DNA from: a virus
Lineage: Duplodnaviria; Heunggongvirae; Uroviricota; Caudoviricetes
Virus record (IMG/VR): IMGVR_UViG_3300025887_000009
Length of the DNA stretch: 64,000 bases
Reading direction: 5' to 3' (one strand)
Part shown: one piece after another, positions 1 to 10,040 of the stretch
Position numbering within the stretch: the stretch's first letter is position 1
How the letters are laid out: each line of letters starts with the position of its first letter
Position numbers and translations under genes: made by a program
The notes under the pieces: generated by a model
Databases searched by the model: none
What the model was told of the DNA's origin: nothing
Seen by the model: only the letters and a program-made list of their open reading frames with translations

Positions 1-1
1 T

Positions 2-91
2 GGTATGGTAGTTTACAATACTACAACTAACAAATTTAATGGATATCAGAATAGCGGTTGGATCAATATAGACGACGGCACAGCAGCATAA
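2..91 (+). CDS. 3' end of a gene entering from the left; tail-fibre/virion-protein-like C-terminus
   Basis: Frame from nt 2 reads GMVVYNTTTNKFNGYQNSGWINIDDGTAA* (TAA 89-91), resembling the G-x-x-YN-TT-x-x-F-x-GY-x-x-x-W module of phage fibre proteins; partial. Confidence 0.6.
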   Translation, partial: GMVVYNTTTNKFNGYQNSGWINIDDGTAA

Positions 92-114
92 AAGTAGATT
101 AGTGTAGGCATTGC

Positions 115-738
115 TTACACTAATCTGTTATCCACGCTTGCATTATATAAATCTTCAATGTCTTTATCAGTGTATAATGATTTTGGTATTATATATTCAC
201 TGTCCGGGTTCCATTTAAAATTATCGTCTGTTTTGTATTCAAAAATTTGCTGCACACATCCGTCGTTTATTTTAAAAAGAATATCATTTCTTAATTTAAA
301 ATCTGTTATTGCAAAATTCTTTTTATACTTTTCGTATATTTTATTAGACTTTACTCTAAGTATGTCTTTATAAACTTTGGGATTAAACACGGTAAAATAG
401 ATTATTTTACAATTGTTTTCTTTTGCTATAGTAACATACTCTTCTAAATAATTATAAAAATTATATTGAATCTTTCTTTTTGATTTTAATTTATAATATC
501 TACAAAATCTTAAAGATGTTTGATCACCTGTGTACTTTTCCGATTTCTCTAGTGCAGCACAAGAAACAAGTTCTGTGTCATCAAATAGAATAGAAATCCA
601 ACCTTGATAATTATCTTCTTTTATATCCCGTATTACATTATATACACTTCTGTTTTGTTCTTCGTTGTATAGTAATTCAAGATATTCTAAACTATCAATT
701 AAATTGTCTTGGCTGTATGTTAACAATTTTAGAGTCAC
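115..738 (-). CDS. hypothetical protein, possibly GNAT-like fold
   Basis: ORF track 115..759; GTG at 736-738 overlaps the upstream TGA (GTGA) and is the likelier start. Beta-strand/helix pattern (WISILFDDTELVSCAAL...LRFCRYY...IIYFTVFN) is loosely GNAT-like. Confidence 0.45.
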   Translation of the reverse strand: MTLKLLTYSQDNLIDSLEYLELLYNEEQNRSVYNVIRDIKEDNYQGWISILFDDTELVSCAALEKSEKYTGDQTSLRFCRYYKLKSKRKIQYNFYNYLEEYVTIAKENNCKIIYFTVFNPKVYKDILRVKSNKIYEKYKKNFAITDFKLRNDILFKINDGCVQQIFEYKTDDNFKWNPDSEYIIPKSLYTDKDIEDLYNASVDNRLV

Positions 739-1493
739 ATGTGTCCCCAATTTTTCCAAAACATTTCATTTCGGTAATAATCTCTATCCCATTCTTTTAA
801 ATCATCTACACCTGCCACTGTTAAGATAAGTGCATAACGATCTTCGTCGGAATTATTAAAAACAGCGTGTTCTATTTTCTCGTCATGAAATTTATAAAAG
901 GCTCCGGTAGCAGGAAAATACATTTCAACAGTTTCGCCATTTATATCTTTAAATGCATTAACACATTTGTCATTTGTAATAATTGGGCAAATTACTCTAA
1001 GATTCTTTGAGCTAGTTTCATCTCTGTGAAAAGGCATTTCGCTACGTGCAGGTAATCTAACTAGACGTACTCTGCAAATTTTTATTTCAGGCTTTGAATG
1101 ATCATAACACCATGCTTCGCGTAGTTCACGTAATAATTGTTTTACTTTTAGATCACCCGTTACGTCAATGCTAAAGTTTTCTTCGTTTGTTTCTACACAG
1201 AATTTTTCAAAGTTATCTTTCAAAAAGGTATAATCATTTTGTCTATTAACTTTTTTCATAGTAGACATAAGATACTTTATATACACAGTGCCTTCTCTGT
1301 TTTTCTCTTTAGAATAATCGCACTCTTGCAAATTAAAGAACTGCACACGACAGGTGTCGTCTTTGTATACGTGTAGATAACTTTCGGCATTCTGAAATGG
1401 ACAAACAAATTTATCTTTGTTTTCATTTACTAGTTCTTTTAACAAATCAATGTTTGCTTTAATATGATACGTCTTTTGATAAAATTTAGACAT
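735..1493 (-). CDS. aspartyl/asparaginyl beta-hydroxylase-like 2OG-Fe(II) oxygenase
   Basis: RVRLVRLPARSEMPFHRD (HxD), distal EHAVFN (His) and DRYALIL (2OG-binding Arg). Confidence 0.8.
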   Translation of the reverse strand: MSKFYQKTYHIKANIDLLKELVNENKDKFVCPFQNAESYLHVYKDDTCRVQFFNLQECDYSKEKNREGTVYIKYLMSTMKKVNRQNDYTFLKDNFEKFCVETNEENFSIDVTGDLKVKQLLRELREAWCYDHSKPEIKICRVRLVRLPARSEMPFHRDETSSKNLRVICPIITNDKCVNAFKDINGETVEMYFPATGAFYKFHDEKIEHAVFNNSDEDRYALILTVAGVDDLKEWDRDYYRNEMFWKNWGHM

Positions 1494-2409
1494 TTGTTAT
1501 ACTTTCTTGTGTATTTGAATAGTACTCAAAGAACGGTGCTATTTTATAATCATCTGTTAATATTCCTCTACGGCTGCTTCCTGAATCGGGCACACCGTCA
1601 TCATCAACAGACCAATCTGTTAGCTTACCTAGCATTGGACCGTTTGATGTTTCGAATTTATACAACACAGATCTTTTCTCTTCATATCCGTCTACTGTGT
1701 TAGTAATAGTTTTTCTAATGTCAAATTTATGTATATCTGACATTATGTCTATCATTTCTTCTAAGCTGTATGTGTAAGTTTTCCTATAAAAGCCCATCTG
1801 GCCTATAGACTTAACCCGCAATGCGACCGGGTATTTAACCGTGCTAAATGCCCGACCATGCGCGGCAGCAGTGTTGACTACATAATCAATAAGAGGCGCT
1901 ATAACGTGCGTGTTTGTTGGATCCATAATAACGTTAATATGTGGCATGATATTATATTTAAAACAGTTTGACAACGCAATTGTTTTTGGCTTTGCGTATT
2001 TTCCGTTGTCGAACTCTTTATACATGTCGTCGTCAATTCCGCCGTTCATACTAATACCTAGCATATTTAATCCTGAGATTTTTAATGCTTTTGTATAATC
2101 CTCGCGGCGTAATTTTAATCCATTTGTTAACAAAGACGGACGATGCCCGTACTTCCTTGTCATTTTAATCATTTCAAATAAATTTAGATTCATTGTAGGC
2201 TCTGCACCAATGAATCTAATATCAGTTCGGCCATTTAGCCTTGATAAAAAATCGCGGAATCTATCAATATCGATATCGGGAATAGAGTCATTATTTAACA
2301 TATTTCCTAAATAACAATTAGAGCAACTTAACTGACACTTATACGTTGTTTGTATCGAAACTGTTTTAAATGTATTTTGTTCAGGTTCTATTTTATAATA
2401 ATCTATCAT
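1486..2409 (-). CDS. radical SAM protein (MoaA-like core)
   Basis: CQLSCSNC (CxxxCxxC), FIGAEPT (GGEP-like), LLTNG. Confidence 0.9.
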   Translation of the reverse strand: MIDYYKIEPEQNTFKTVSIQTTYKCQLSCSNCYLGNMLNNDSIPDIDIDRFRDFLSRLNGRTDIRFIGAEPTMNLNLFEMIKMTRKYGHRPSLLTNGLKLRREDYTKALKISGLNMLGISMNGGIDDDMYKEFDNGKYAKPKTIALSNCFKYNIMPHINVIMDPTNTHVIAPLIDYVVNTAAAHGRAFSTVKYPVALRVKSIGQMGFYRKTYTYSLEEMIDIMSDIHKFDIRKTITNTVDGYEEKRSVLYKFETSNGPMLGKLTDWSVDDDGVPDSGSSRRGILTDDYKIAPFFEYYSNTQESITNV

Positions 2410-2414
2410 ACTAA

Positions 2415-2422
2415 TACTTATA
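2415..2422 (-). promoter_or_regulatory. possible late promoter variant TATAAGTA
   Basis: One mismatch to TATAAATA; 5 nt upstream of the radical SAM ATG at 2409. Confidence 0.4.
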
Positions 2423-3547
2423 TCACTTTTTGTTGGTGATTTTTGTATTTTTTAATTGTGTGCGCCACACTGAATTTTTACCACAGGTGTGTGCACAAGC
2501 TGAAAAGCAATCACCAGACCAACTATTTTCGATAATTCTAAATATGCCAGTTGCTAATACATCTCTCACCGAACGTTTTACTACGTTATTAAAATCTACA
2601 TCATACCCAAGTTGTTTGTACACTTTTTCAACAAATGGTGAATTACTATTCCTATACACTGCTGTTTGTGCTTCGTTTGCAGTCCAGCAACACGGCCATA
2701 ATTTTTTATCAGCAGACAAATAAACACTTGAAGTTTTTTCAACCAAACAAGACACCTTGTTAGATTGTATCGACGGCATCGGCTGTAATGTGTCTACATT
2801 AAATTTGTGTATTGTGTTAAGCTGTTCTTGCAAATATTCTCTAGAATAAGTATATTCTTTTTTATTATCAGTTAAGTACTTAACTGATGATGCGGGTTCT
2901 AAACTGTATTCATAATCAAGGTTCTTATCAAATACTTTTTGATCCGATGCCCACCACCGTGTTGTGTCACGGGCTTTAAATTTCTTAAATCCGAGTTCTT
3001 TTGATAGGTCTCTGCATTTGTCAACTTGATGTTCATTATGTTTAAACACCGTCATTGCCCATGATGCGTACCCACCTGCTTCTATATATGCTTTTGCATT
3101 CTTTATAACTACATCATATCTAGTTTTTCGTCTATATAAATGATGAGTATCCTCTAATCCATCTATACCAAATTCAACTATAATATTTGGCTGTGTGCCT
3201 AACCAACTCCAGAATTCTGTTTTTAACGCGCCGCCGTTAGTTCTAATCTCAATTACTACATTTTTTTTAATAAGTTCCTCTAAGAATTCTTTAGGAGTAC
3301 TATGCTTAACAATATCACCTAAATTTCCATTTACTAGGATTTTCTTAAGATTCTTAAAAAAACTATCAGACAATACTTGTTTAGTTTCTTCTGGGGTCCA
3401 TTCTGCTATTTCTATATTCGGATTAGTATGCAGTGTGCCGTGCAATGTTCTAGGACACTGCGGACACCGTGCGTTACAATCACTCGTAGGCTCTATATGT
3501 AAATGACGAGGATACGAATTATATATACCAATGCCTAATTTATTCAT
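2423..3547 (-). CDS. radical SAM protein with C-terminal SPASM/twitch-like domain
   Basis: CNARCPQC; IRTNG; FGIDG; C-terminal SCL...WPCCW...CFSACAHTC cysteines. Confidence 0.9.
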   Translation of the reverse strand: MNKLGIGIYNSYPRHLHIEPTSDCNARCPQCPRTLHGTLHTNPNIEIAEWTPEETKQVLSDSFFKNLKKILVNGNLGDIVKHSTPKEFLEELIKKNVVIEIRTNGGALKTEFWSWLGTQPNIIVEFGIDGLEDTHHLYRRKTRYDVVIKNAKAYIEAGGYASWAMTVFKHNEHQVDKCRDLSKELGFKKFKARDTTRWWASDQKVFDKNLDYEYSLEPASSVKYLTDNKKEYTYSREYLQEQLNTIHKFNVDTLQPMPSIQSNKVSCLVEKTSSVYLSADKKLWPCCWTANEAQTAVYRNSNSPFVEKVYKQLGYDVDFNNVVKRSVRDVLATGIFRIIENSWSGDCFSACAHTCGKNSVWRTQLKNTKITNKK

Positions 3548-4427
3548 CTATTTCAATCCTGTCTATTGTTAAATAGTTAGACAAAGTGTCTACTAATTCT
3601 TGTTCAGATATTACAGTTATCATTTCTGCAACTGCAATGCTACCTATTGAGTTTTTCGGATCATTCTTTTGAAATCCTAAAGCTGTTAGATGTTCTTCGT
3701 TTTCATCCCACCATTGATTCATTCTTTCTAAAAATGCATCTACATTTGCCTGTCCACGACTATGATAGCAAACTTGAAAGTCAGAACTATAATAACGCAA
3801 CGGGCGTATGTTGTCATCACCGACTACATCGTCGCCATCAATGAACACATCGTTTAGCGGTTTGCCTACTTCGCAATAGTTAATATGTGCTTCGCCGAAT
3901 TTACGGACTAGCGTAAAATGTTGATAATCTTCTTCGGTAAGATCATAACGTATCCTGTCATTAAACGTGCAAACTATTCTAGGATACAACACTGGCCTAA
4001 TTACACTACGGTAAAAATTCTCTGCTCTGTGAATAACAATGTTAAATTTTTCAAGTGCTGCACATACTTCTTCGTCTGATGATTCCCAAAACTCAGTAGG
4101 TGATAGCACACCTCCTCTAAGATTTTCAAAATAATGATGCAAGTGATTTAACTGGTCTTGAGGCATGCCTACAAATGCATTATGATGTATTACCGTAGTG
4201 TCTTTATTAATAATTGCAATACATTCATTTAATTCAGTTACAATCTTTTCTTCGTCCCAGATGCCGTTAGGGAAATTATAAAGACGATCTTTTTCTCGCA
4301 CTTTGTTATCTTTTAGACACTGCTCTCTTAATGCATCTGCCCATCGCAACCCAAAATCTGTGTCATATGTCTTGTAATGTAATTTAAATTCATCATTGCC
4401 AGATTTAAATACTATCCAGAAATACAT
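3540..4427 (-). CDS. hypothetical protein (His-rich segment)
   Basis: ORF track 3540..4466; ATG at 4425-4427 has GGAG 6 nt upstream and abuts the previous stop. Contains HHNAF...LNHLHHYFE; no family recognised. Confidence 0.75.
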   Translation of the reverse strand: MYFWIVFKSGNDEFKLHYKTYDTDFGLRWADALREQCLKDNKVREKDRLYNFPNGIWDEEKIVTELNECIAIINKDTTVIHHNAFVGMPQDQLNHLHHYFENLRGGVLSPTEFWESSDEEVCAALEKFNIVIHRAENFYRSVIRPVLYPRIVCTFNDRIRYDLTEEDYQHFTLVRKFGEAHINYCEVGKPLNDVFIDGDDVVGDDNIRPLRYYSSDFQVCYHSRGQANVDAFLERMNQWWDENEEHLTALGFQKNDPKNSIGSIAVAEMITVISEQELVDTLSNYLTIDRIEIDE

Positions 4428-4428
4428 C

Positions 4429-5634
4429 CTATTCTCCGTAATATTTTTCAAATTCAGGAAAGACATCTATCAGACATCTATCACGAAACTTGTCAAGTGC
4501 TTTAAGATATTTTATCCCATTGTTAAAATCAGTTAATTGCCCCAATGGACTATTTAATAATTCTTTAATCTGCACAAATTGCAAATTATTATTAGGATTT
4601 AAAAATATGTTATGGTATTTATAGTTCCTTTTGTATAATTCCTTTATTTCGAGCGGAATGTTAAGCGGACGAAATACCTTAGGATAAGTTACCCAATTAT
4701 TCCAACTTACGCTATTAAGAAGGTTTGTATCTAGATCTTCTAAATAATCGTATATTTCATGCAAATATCCTATATTCAAAAGCTGTACTGCGATGTTTAC
4801 TGCTACGTCAACATCACTTTCGATAGTCTTTTTAACGTTTTCGTCAAATTCGTTCCAATTTAAATCCGATCTTATATATTCGCCTTTTTTACCAATGCCA
4901 TCAATACTAAACATAAATTTCATATTTTTAAAACGAAAAGCATTATCTAGTACATAGTTAGGTATTACTGTGCCGTTTGTAATTACAAATAATTCTAAAT
5001 TATCCACGTTATCCGAAGATAATATTGTTTCAAATATCTTTTCAAAGTTCGGATTAATAAATGCTTCGCCGCCTATCAAACTAAATCTATTAACATGATT
5101 AAGAATTTGTGTTATGCTCTTTAAATATTCATCGTTATTATCGTCATCAAATGGAATCTGTATTACTTTCTCAATCTCTCTAAATCCTGTCTTTTTAAAT
5201 TCAGCAGCAATTTTCGAAGACGAATTTTGATTACACATTATACATTTTAAATTACACAAATTTCCGAGAATTTTTAGATTCACATAACGCAGGCTAGACA
5301 AATCTAAATCAGCTAACGGATCCTTGTGTACCTGTTCGATTGCTCGATCAGCTGTATATTTCTGCGCCTGTGTTTGTCTGCGTGATTTCATTCCGTTTGC
5401 TTCATTTAACAAACAAGACTGGCATGCATGACGTATGTCATTTGTAAGATTATGATCTAACATATCCTTACGAACAGTCTTCATATAATCACTGTTAAAA
5501 TATTCAGTAGGGGTTATTGTACGGGCATTAGCAGTACTAGTCTTGTCAACTCCTGCAATGCAACATAATTGATAATGTCCTTCGGTGTTATGAGAAATGC
5601 TTATAAAAGGCTCTATGCACCAAGGTTGTTTCAT
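4429..5634 (-). CDS. radical SAM protein with N-terminal twitch/SPASM-like Cys domain
   Basis: N-terminal WCIEPF...LCC...CQSC, then CNLKCIMC, IGGEAF, ITNGT, SIDG. Confidence 0.9.
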   Translation of the reverse strand: MKQPWCIEPFISISHNTEGHYQLCCIAGVDKTSTANARTITPTEYFNSDYMKTVRKDMLDHNLTNDIRHACQSCLLNEANGMKSRRQTQAQKYTADRAIEQVHKDPLADLDLSSLRYVNLKILGNLCNLKCIMCNQNSSSKIAAEFKKTGFREIEKVIQIPFDDDNNDEYLKSITQILNHVNRFSLIGGEAFINPNFEKIFETILSSDNVDNLELFVITNGTVIPNYVLDNAFRFKNMKFMFSIDGIGKKGEYIRSDLNWNEFDENVKKTIESDVDVAVNIAVQLLNIGYLHEIYDYLEDLDTNLLNSVSWNNWVTYPKVFRPLNIPLEIKELYKRNYKYHNIFLNPNNNLQFVQIKELLNSPLGQLTDFNNGIKYLKALDKFRDRCLIDVFPEFEKYYGE

Positions 5635-6275
5635 TTAATGCCTATTTTCATATATCTAGTATATTTATTAAGTTCTAATTTGTCTAATTTGTATGTTTCC
5701 TGCATAGGAGTCATTCTGTCAAATTCTTCTAAACTTTCGGAACAGTTTACGTGTTCATCTATTTCAAAATAATTATTAGATTGAAGTATTATCATTTTGC
5801 CTGCCGGGATTGCATTATACCAATCTGAAAAGTTAGAAATATGTTCGCAGCTAGTGTTAATAATTGTATCGGGCATTTCTGTTAATTCTAAACTGCTACC
5901 GTCTGCTCTATAAGTTGTATGAGTTAAAGGATACATCATTTCTGTAATATCTAATGTACTTGCTTTGAACTGCCAACCGTCCATTACCCACGAACGATTA
6001 AATGTGTCAGCGCGTATTGCACATGATTCATCAACATCAAAGCTTCTTATCTTTTCTATAGACAATCCGCTTTCGAACAAAAAGGTTGCAAGACTTCCGT
6101 ACCAACCTGCACATATAAACACTAATCCTAATGGTTGATTTATTTCTAATAGAGATTCAACTAACCAACTTTTAGATTCCATTTGTCCTTTTGAAAACAA
6201 ATCTGACACATCTGTATCGGGAAACTTAGTTATAAATTGTCCGTAGTTCTTAAAAAAATTACTTCTGTGAATCAT
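5631..6275 (-). CDS. class I SAM-dependent methyltransferase-like protein
   Basis: Gly-rich motif I VFICAGWYG, acidic motif II RSFDVD, IINTSCEH. Confidence 0.7.
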   Translation of the reverse strand: MIHRSNFFKNYGQFITKFPDTDVSDLFSKGQMESKSWLVESLLEINQPLGLVFICAGWYGSLATFLFESGLSIEKIRSFDVDESCAIRADTFNRSWVMDGWQFKASTLDITEMMYPLTHTTYRADGSSLELTEMPDTIINTSCEHISNFSDWYNAIPAGKMIILQSNNYFEIDEHVNCSESLEEFDRMTPMQETYKLDKLELNKYTRYMKIGIK

Positions 6276-6981
6276 CGTCTATTTCCTTGTATAGTTCAAA
6301 CGGGTAGTCTTCTAATATTTCGTTATTAACATAATGATGTTCGTAAGACTTTGGGCAATACGGATTAACAACTCTAGTAAATCCATTGTCGATTAATAAT
6401 TGCTGGCAGGGTTCGCTCATTTCTATGCTCATAGCAAGTATTTTGTACTTCTTAAACGGAAACACTCTTAATACTTCGTATTCTGAGCCTTCAATGTCTA
6501 AACCTATGTAATCAATAACTGGCGGCGCTTTATACTTTTTGAGCAACCGTTCTAACGTAATACTAGGTATCTTTACCTTTTTACCTTTTTCTATTATATC
6601 TGCAACTTCTTCATTTGTTGTATTCGAACCAACTACAAATGAAGAATATGATAAATCCTGCGGGACACCTAAGAATGTTAACTTAGTATCTGCAATTACA
6701 CCAATCTGTGTTTCATAAAAGTCAACGGTACCGGTTGAACTCCATAATGCAGCTCGTTCGACATTTTTTCTACGTTGCTTAGTTTTAATTACTCTAGCAT
6801 GATGCCTGTTGGCATTTACTGCTATGCCATTCCAATCGAATTGTTTTTCTAAAACTATTGCACTATTGTTACGACCAGCAGTTGACCCGCCTTCAACAAA
6901 GTACCCATTTCTTTTAAATTTAAAAATTTCAGCAACCCATCTATCGTTGCCTTCTTCACTTTGCCAAATTATGTCTTTCAT
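6259..6981 (-). CDS. FkbM-family methyltransferase
   Basis: YFVEGGS...W.GIAVN, AALWSSTG, IDYIGLDIEGSEYEVL, AMSIE; start moved to the ATG at 6979-6981 (MKDIIW). Confidence 0.8.
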   Translation of the reverse strand: MKDIIWQSEEGNDRWVAEIFKFKRNGYFVEGGSTAGRNNSAIVLEKQFDWNGIAVNANRHHARVIKTKQRRKNVERAALWSSTGTVDFYETQIGVIADTKLTFLGVPQDLSYSSFVVGSNTTNEEVADIIEKGKKVKIPSITLERLLKKYKAPPVIDYIGLDIEGSEYEVLRVFPFKKYKILAMSIEMSEPCQQLLIDNGFTRVVNPYCPKSYEHHYVNNEILEDYPFELYKEIDDDSQK

Positions 6982-7648
6982 CAAATCGTTCCTTGAGCCA
7001 TGCAAAGTCATTTATCTTCATTAGCGCCTGTTTGTCATCTTTGTGACTAGCGCCGTATGCAGCGCCTGCATTAGCACCATCTATAGCTGCGCTACCGTAT
7101 GCACGGTCCTTGCCTACCTGGCACCATGTGCGCAGTCGTTGATCAGTCTCTGTGCTTTTTTGTCTATCTATTATCTTAGCACTTAACTTACAGCATTCTC
7201 TAAACGCGCTGCGCCAGGCGCTGAACTCGTCTGTGTTAAATGCTGTAATATTTGATACAGTATGTATTGCCTTAAATTTGGTCGATATGCTTGTAGTCAT
7301 ATCTGGCTTTGATGTATCCATTTTTATAGTCATTCGTCGAGGGAATAATTTAACGCCGCCATATCCATAAATTAAATCATTTACAGGGTTCTGACTGCGC
7401 CATACATGCACTTGATCCAATTGATGATCCGATACTATATAATCAAAATTAAAATCATCCATTATTATAGCATCAGCGTCAACTATCCAAAACATCTTAG
7501 TGAAGCATTTTTTAGCTGCGGCGATATGTGCCTGATGAATTCCTTTAACGCCGTGGACACGTTTTGCCGACGGGAATCTTGCTTTTAGCGCGGCATAATT
7601 TTCATCAGCATTCGGTTCGTCGTAACTTATGAATACTATATCATACAT
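6956..7648 (-). CDS. GT-A-like glycosyltransferase (YDEPNA family, copy 1)
   Basis: MYDIVFISYDEPNA N-terminus, AHIAAA helix, DxD motif WIVDAD; paralog of 14764..15687. Confidence 0.65.
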   Translation of the reverse strand: MYDIVFISYDEPNADENYAALKARFPSAKRVHGVKGIHQAHIAAAKKCFTKMFWIVDADAIIMDDFNFDYIVSDHQLDQVHVWRSQNPVNDLIYGYGGVKLFPRRMTIKMDTSKPDMTTSISTKFKAIHTVSNITAFNTDEFSAWRSAFRECCKLSAKIIDRQKSTETDQRLRTWCQVGKDRAYGSAAIDGANAGAAYGASHKDDKQALMKINDFAWLKERFDERHNLAK

Positions 7649-7688
7649 CTAATGTTTTAACTTCTCTAAAATAATCTTTGCACACTCT

Positions 7689-9218
7689 TTACCGGTCTCT
7701 TGCTGCGCGCCATTCATGATATAATTCAGAATATTCAGGAAACGTATCAACAAATGACAAATTTCTTCGTTTGTCATACTGATCAAAAAAGGAAACAAAA
7801 TTATCTTGTGCAATTTTAACTTCTTTTGCATTATTAATAGAATTCATATGTCGCAAGTTGCGTTTTACTTTTTCGATTTCAAAATCATAAAATCCAGCGC
7901 CGTCGCTAATATCTGAATTTTGTTCCATAAACTTTATTCCGTCTTCAATGTAATGAGAAAACTCAGCCGGAAGGATGTTTATGTTTTGCCAAGCAGGACT
8001 TGTAAGCAAGGGTATGTCAAGTCCTATTCGCTGTCTAGGATGTACTTCATAGTCTGGATGCGTTGTCCATTTATCCTCGATGGGAATTAAAATAAGTGGT
8101 TGATTCGACTTGCTATATGTCTGCCGTAATTGTAAAATATAGATCAAAAAATCTTTGAATTTAGGCAAACTCAATATGTTAAAGGTATTAATAAATGTTA
8201 TCGACGTGTTAATAGTCTCTGTTAGATAACGATGTACATTTTTATCCAATGTATCAAACGTTAGACCATCTCTAATATATTCAGCCTGTGCACCTACCGA
8301 ATCAACACTAACAAATGTAGTAAAGTTCTTAAGGGCCATATTAACATACCAATAGTTATTAGCTGCGGGATTGAATTTAGAAGTATCTTCCCAAATTTGT
8401 ATTTCTTCTAATTTTTTTAGTTTAGAAATAAACTTATTCATTATTTCCGGACGGGGTGGACAAAAATTACTAGTAATGCTTGCTTCTAGTGTAGAATTTG
8501 GATTCTTATAGATATAATCCAACACTTGATAGAAATTAGAATCTAGCAACGGTTCGCCGCCCGTTACTCTAAAGACTTCTAGATCTTTGTACAAGTCCGG
8601 CCACCATTTCCAAAAAGCTGCTAGATACGGATTATCGGCTTGACGTCCAGCAAATGGCATAGTCTTGCTATCAATAAAATATGACAAATCATTATGCTTA
8701 GATTGATCGCCCGTCTTGCCATCTGCAATAGAAATCGGACCGTGTTTAATAATATCATCTTCCCATGCAGAACTAATATGAGGCGAACAATACATGCATT
8801 TAAGATTGCATGTTTGATTAAAATTTATCTCAACGTATCTGGGATTAATGCTGCCGGTATCAAGAGTGTCTATAATATCTTTCTTCGAATTTTGGGCCCA
8901 TGCTTCTCCTGACTTATAAATTCTATCGCTGCGGTTTCCTTGGTCTTCCATTTTCCAACAATACGAACATCCTTCTGGTCTTTTTCCGGAGAGCATCAGT
9001 TTGCGCTCTTGTTTTTTTTGTTGCGTGTTATGCAGCGCAGAAGGATCTTTTTCGATTTCTTCGAGATTTACCTTATGTGCAGGAGGATGATAGCAGCTAT
9101 GCGTTAATCCGTTAGTTAAATTAATCGAAACCTGTGCCCATTTTGCAAAGCACATAGTCGGACTTAGGTTATTTAATTGGCGTTCTGCTGCGTCTGCATT
9201 TGAATTGTATTTACTCAT
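7689..9218 (-). CDS. radical SAM protein with N-terminal Cys domain (SCYHP type, copy 1)
   Basis: CFAKW...HSCYHP...CSYCW, then CNLKCMYC, VTGGEPLL, ITSN. Confidence 0.9.
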   Translation of the reverse strand: MSKYNSNADAAERQLNNLSPTMCFAKWAQVSINLTNGLTHSCYHPPAHKVNLEEIEKDPSALHNTQQKKQERKLMLSGKRPEGCSYCWKMEDQGNRSDRIYKSGEAWAQNSKKDIIDTLDTGSINPRYVEINFNQTCNLKCMYCSPHISSAWEDDIIKHGPISIADGKTGDQSKHNDLSYFIDSKTMPFAGRQADNPYLAAFWKWWPDLYKDLEVFRVTGGEPLLDSNFYQVLDYIYKNPNSTLEASITSNFCPPRPEIMNKFISKLKKLEEIQIWEDTSKFNPAANNYWYVNMALKNFTTFVSVDSVGAQAEYIRDGLTFDTLDKNVHRYLTETINTSITFINTFNILSLPKFKDFLIYILQLRQTYSKSNQPLILIPIEDKWTTHPDYEVHPRQRIGLDIPLLTSPAWQNINILPAEFSHYIEDGIKFMEQNSDISDGAGFYDFEIEKVKRNLRHMNSINNAKEVKIAQDNFVSFFDQYDKRRNLSFVDTFPEYSELYHEWRAARDR

Positions 9219-10036
9219 ATTTTACCTTGTTTTAATAGTTGATTAACTATATTTTCTGCCACAGTAATGTTAGAACTGCGGGGATGCTGCGAGTCGCGGG
9301 CGTCTTGGGACATTGTTACAAATTCACAATTCATTATGTCATCAGTTCCTGGGAAATATGTAATTTCGGCGGTTGACGATTTTCCTTTCCATAAGTTTTT
9401 AAATTGTATCCCGAGTAATTTATTTGACATATAATTATGTGCAGGAACCTGGACCGATCTGCTCCAGATTTTGTTTATTTTTTTCATTATTTTATCAGAT
9501 GCCTGACCGAGGTCGTTCCACGGACCGGTATGAAATATTCCTTGATCATTATAAATCCTATTTCGATTAAGTGCAGACCAATTAACTACAACTGCATAAG
9601 GATTAGGGAATCGCGAAGTGTACATATTATTTAGATCCATTATAAAATTATTCGAACAAGACGGTACTCCTAAATTAATCACCGGACGACCTGTAAGTTC
9701 TTGCAGTATATATGGTATAGTGTGCTCATCAGATATTCCGATACCAAACGTACACGAACAGCCAAACATAATAATGCTATTTTTCCAATCAATAGTTTCC
9801 CATTCCGGTGCTCTATATCCACTGTTATTTGTTGTGTATTTAACTGTATGATTATTGTAATACCAGTCTTTTGGTTTTGTTGATTTCATTTTGATAAATT
9901 TCGGTTCTGTGTCGGGTGACACAAACTCATTAACTATTGTACCTTCATTAATAGTAACAAACGGAATATAATGAAATGGATGTATGTCTGTGAAATATTT
10001 TATTTTTTCACATCGGCTAATTTCTTCAGGGGTCAT
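9215..10036 (-). CDS. SGNH/GDSL hydrolase-like protein
   Basis: Block I-like FGCSCTFG, INLGVPSCS, block V-like DSQHP (DxxH). Confidence 0.65.
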   Translation of the reverse strand: MTPEEISRCEKIKYFTDIHPFHYIPFVTINEGTIVNEFVSPDTEPKFIKMKSTKPKDWYYNNHTVKYTTNNSGYRAPEWETIDWKNSIIMFGCSCTFGIGISDEHTIPYILQELTGRPVINLGVPSCSNNFIMDLNNMYTSRFPNPYAVVVNWSALNRNRIYNDQGIFHTGPWNDLGQASDKIMKKINKIWSRSVQVPAHNYMSNKLLGIQFKNLWKGKSSTAEITYFPGTDDIMNCEFVTMSQDARDSQHPRSSNITVAENIVNQLLKQGKI

Positions 10037-10040
10037 TAAC

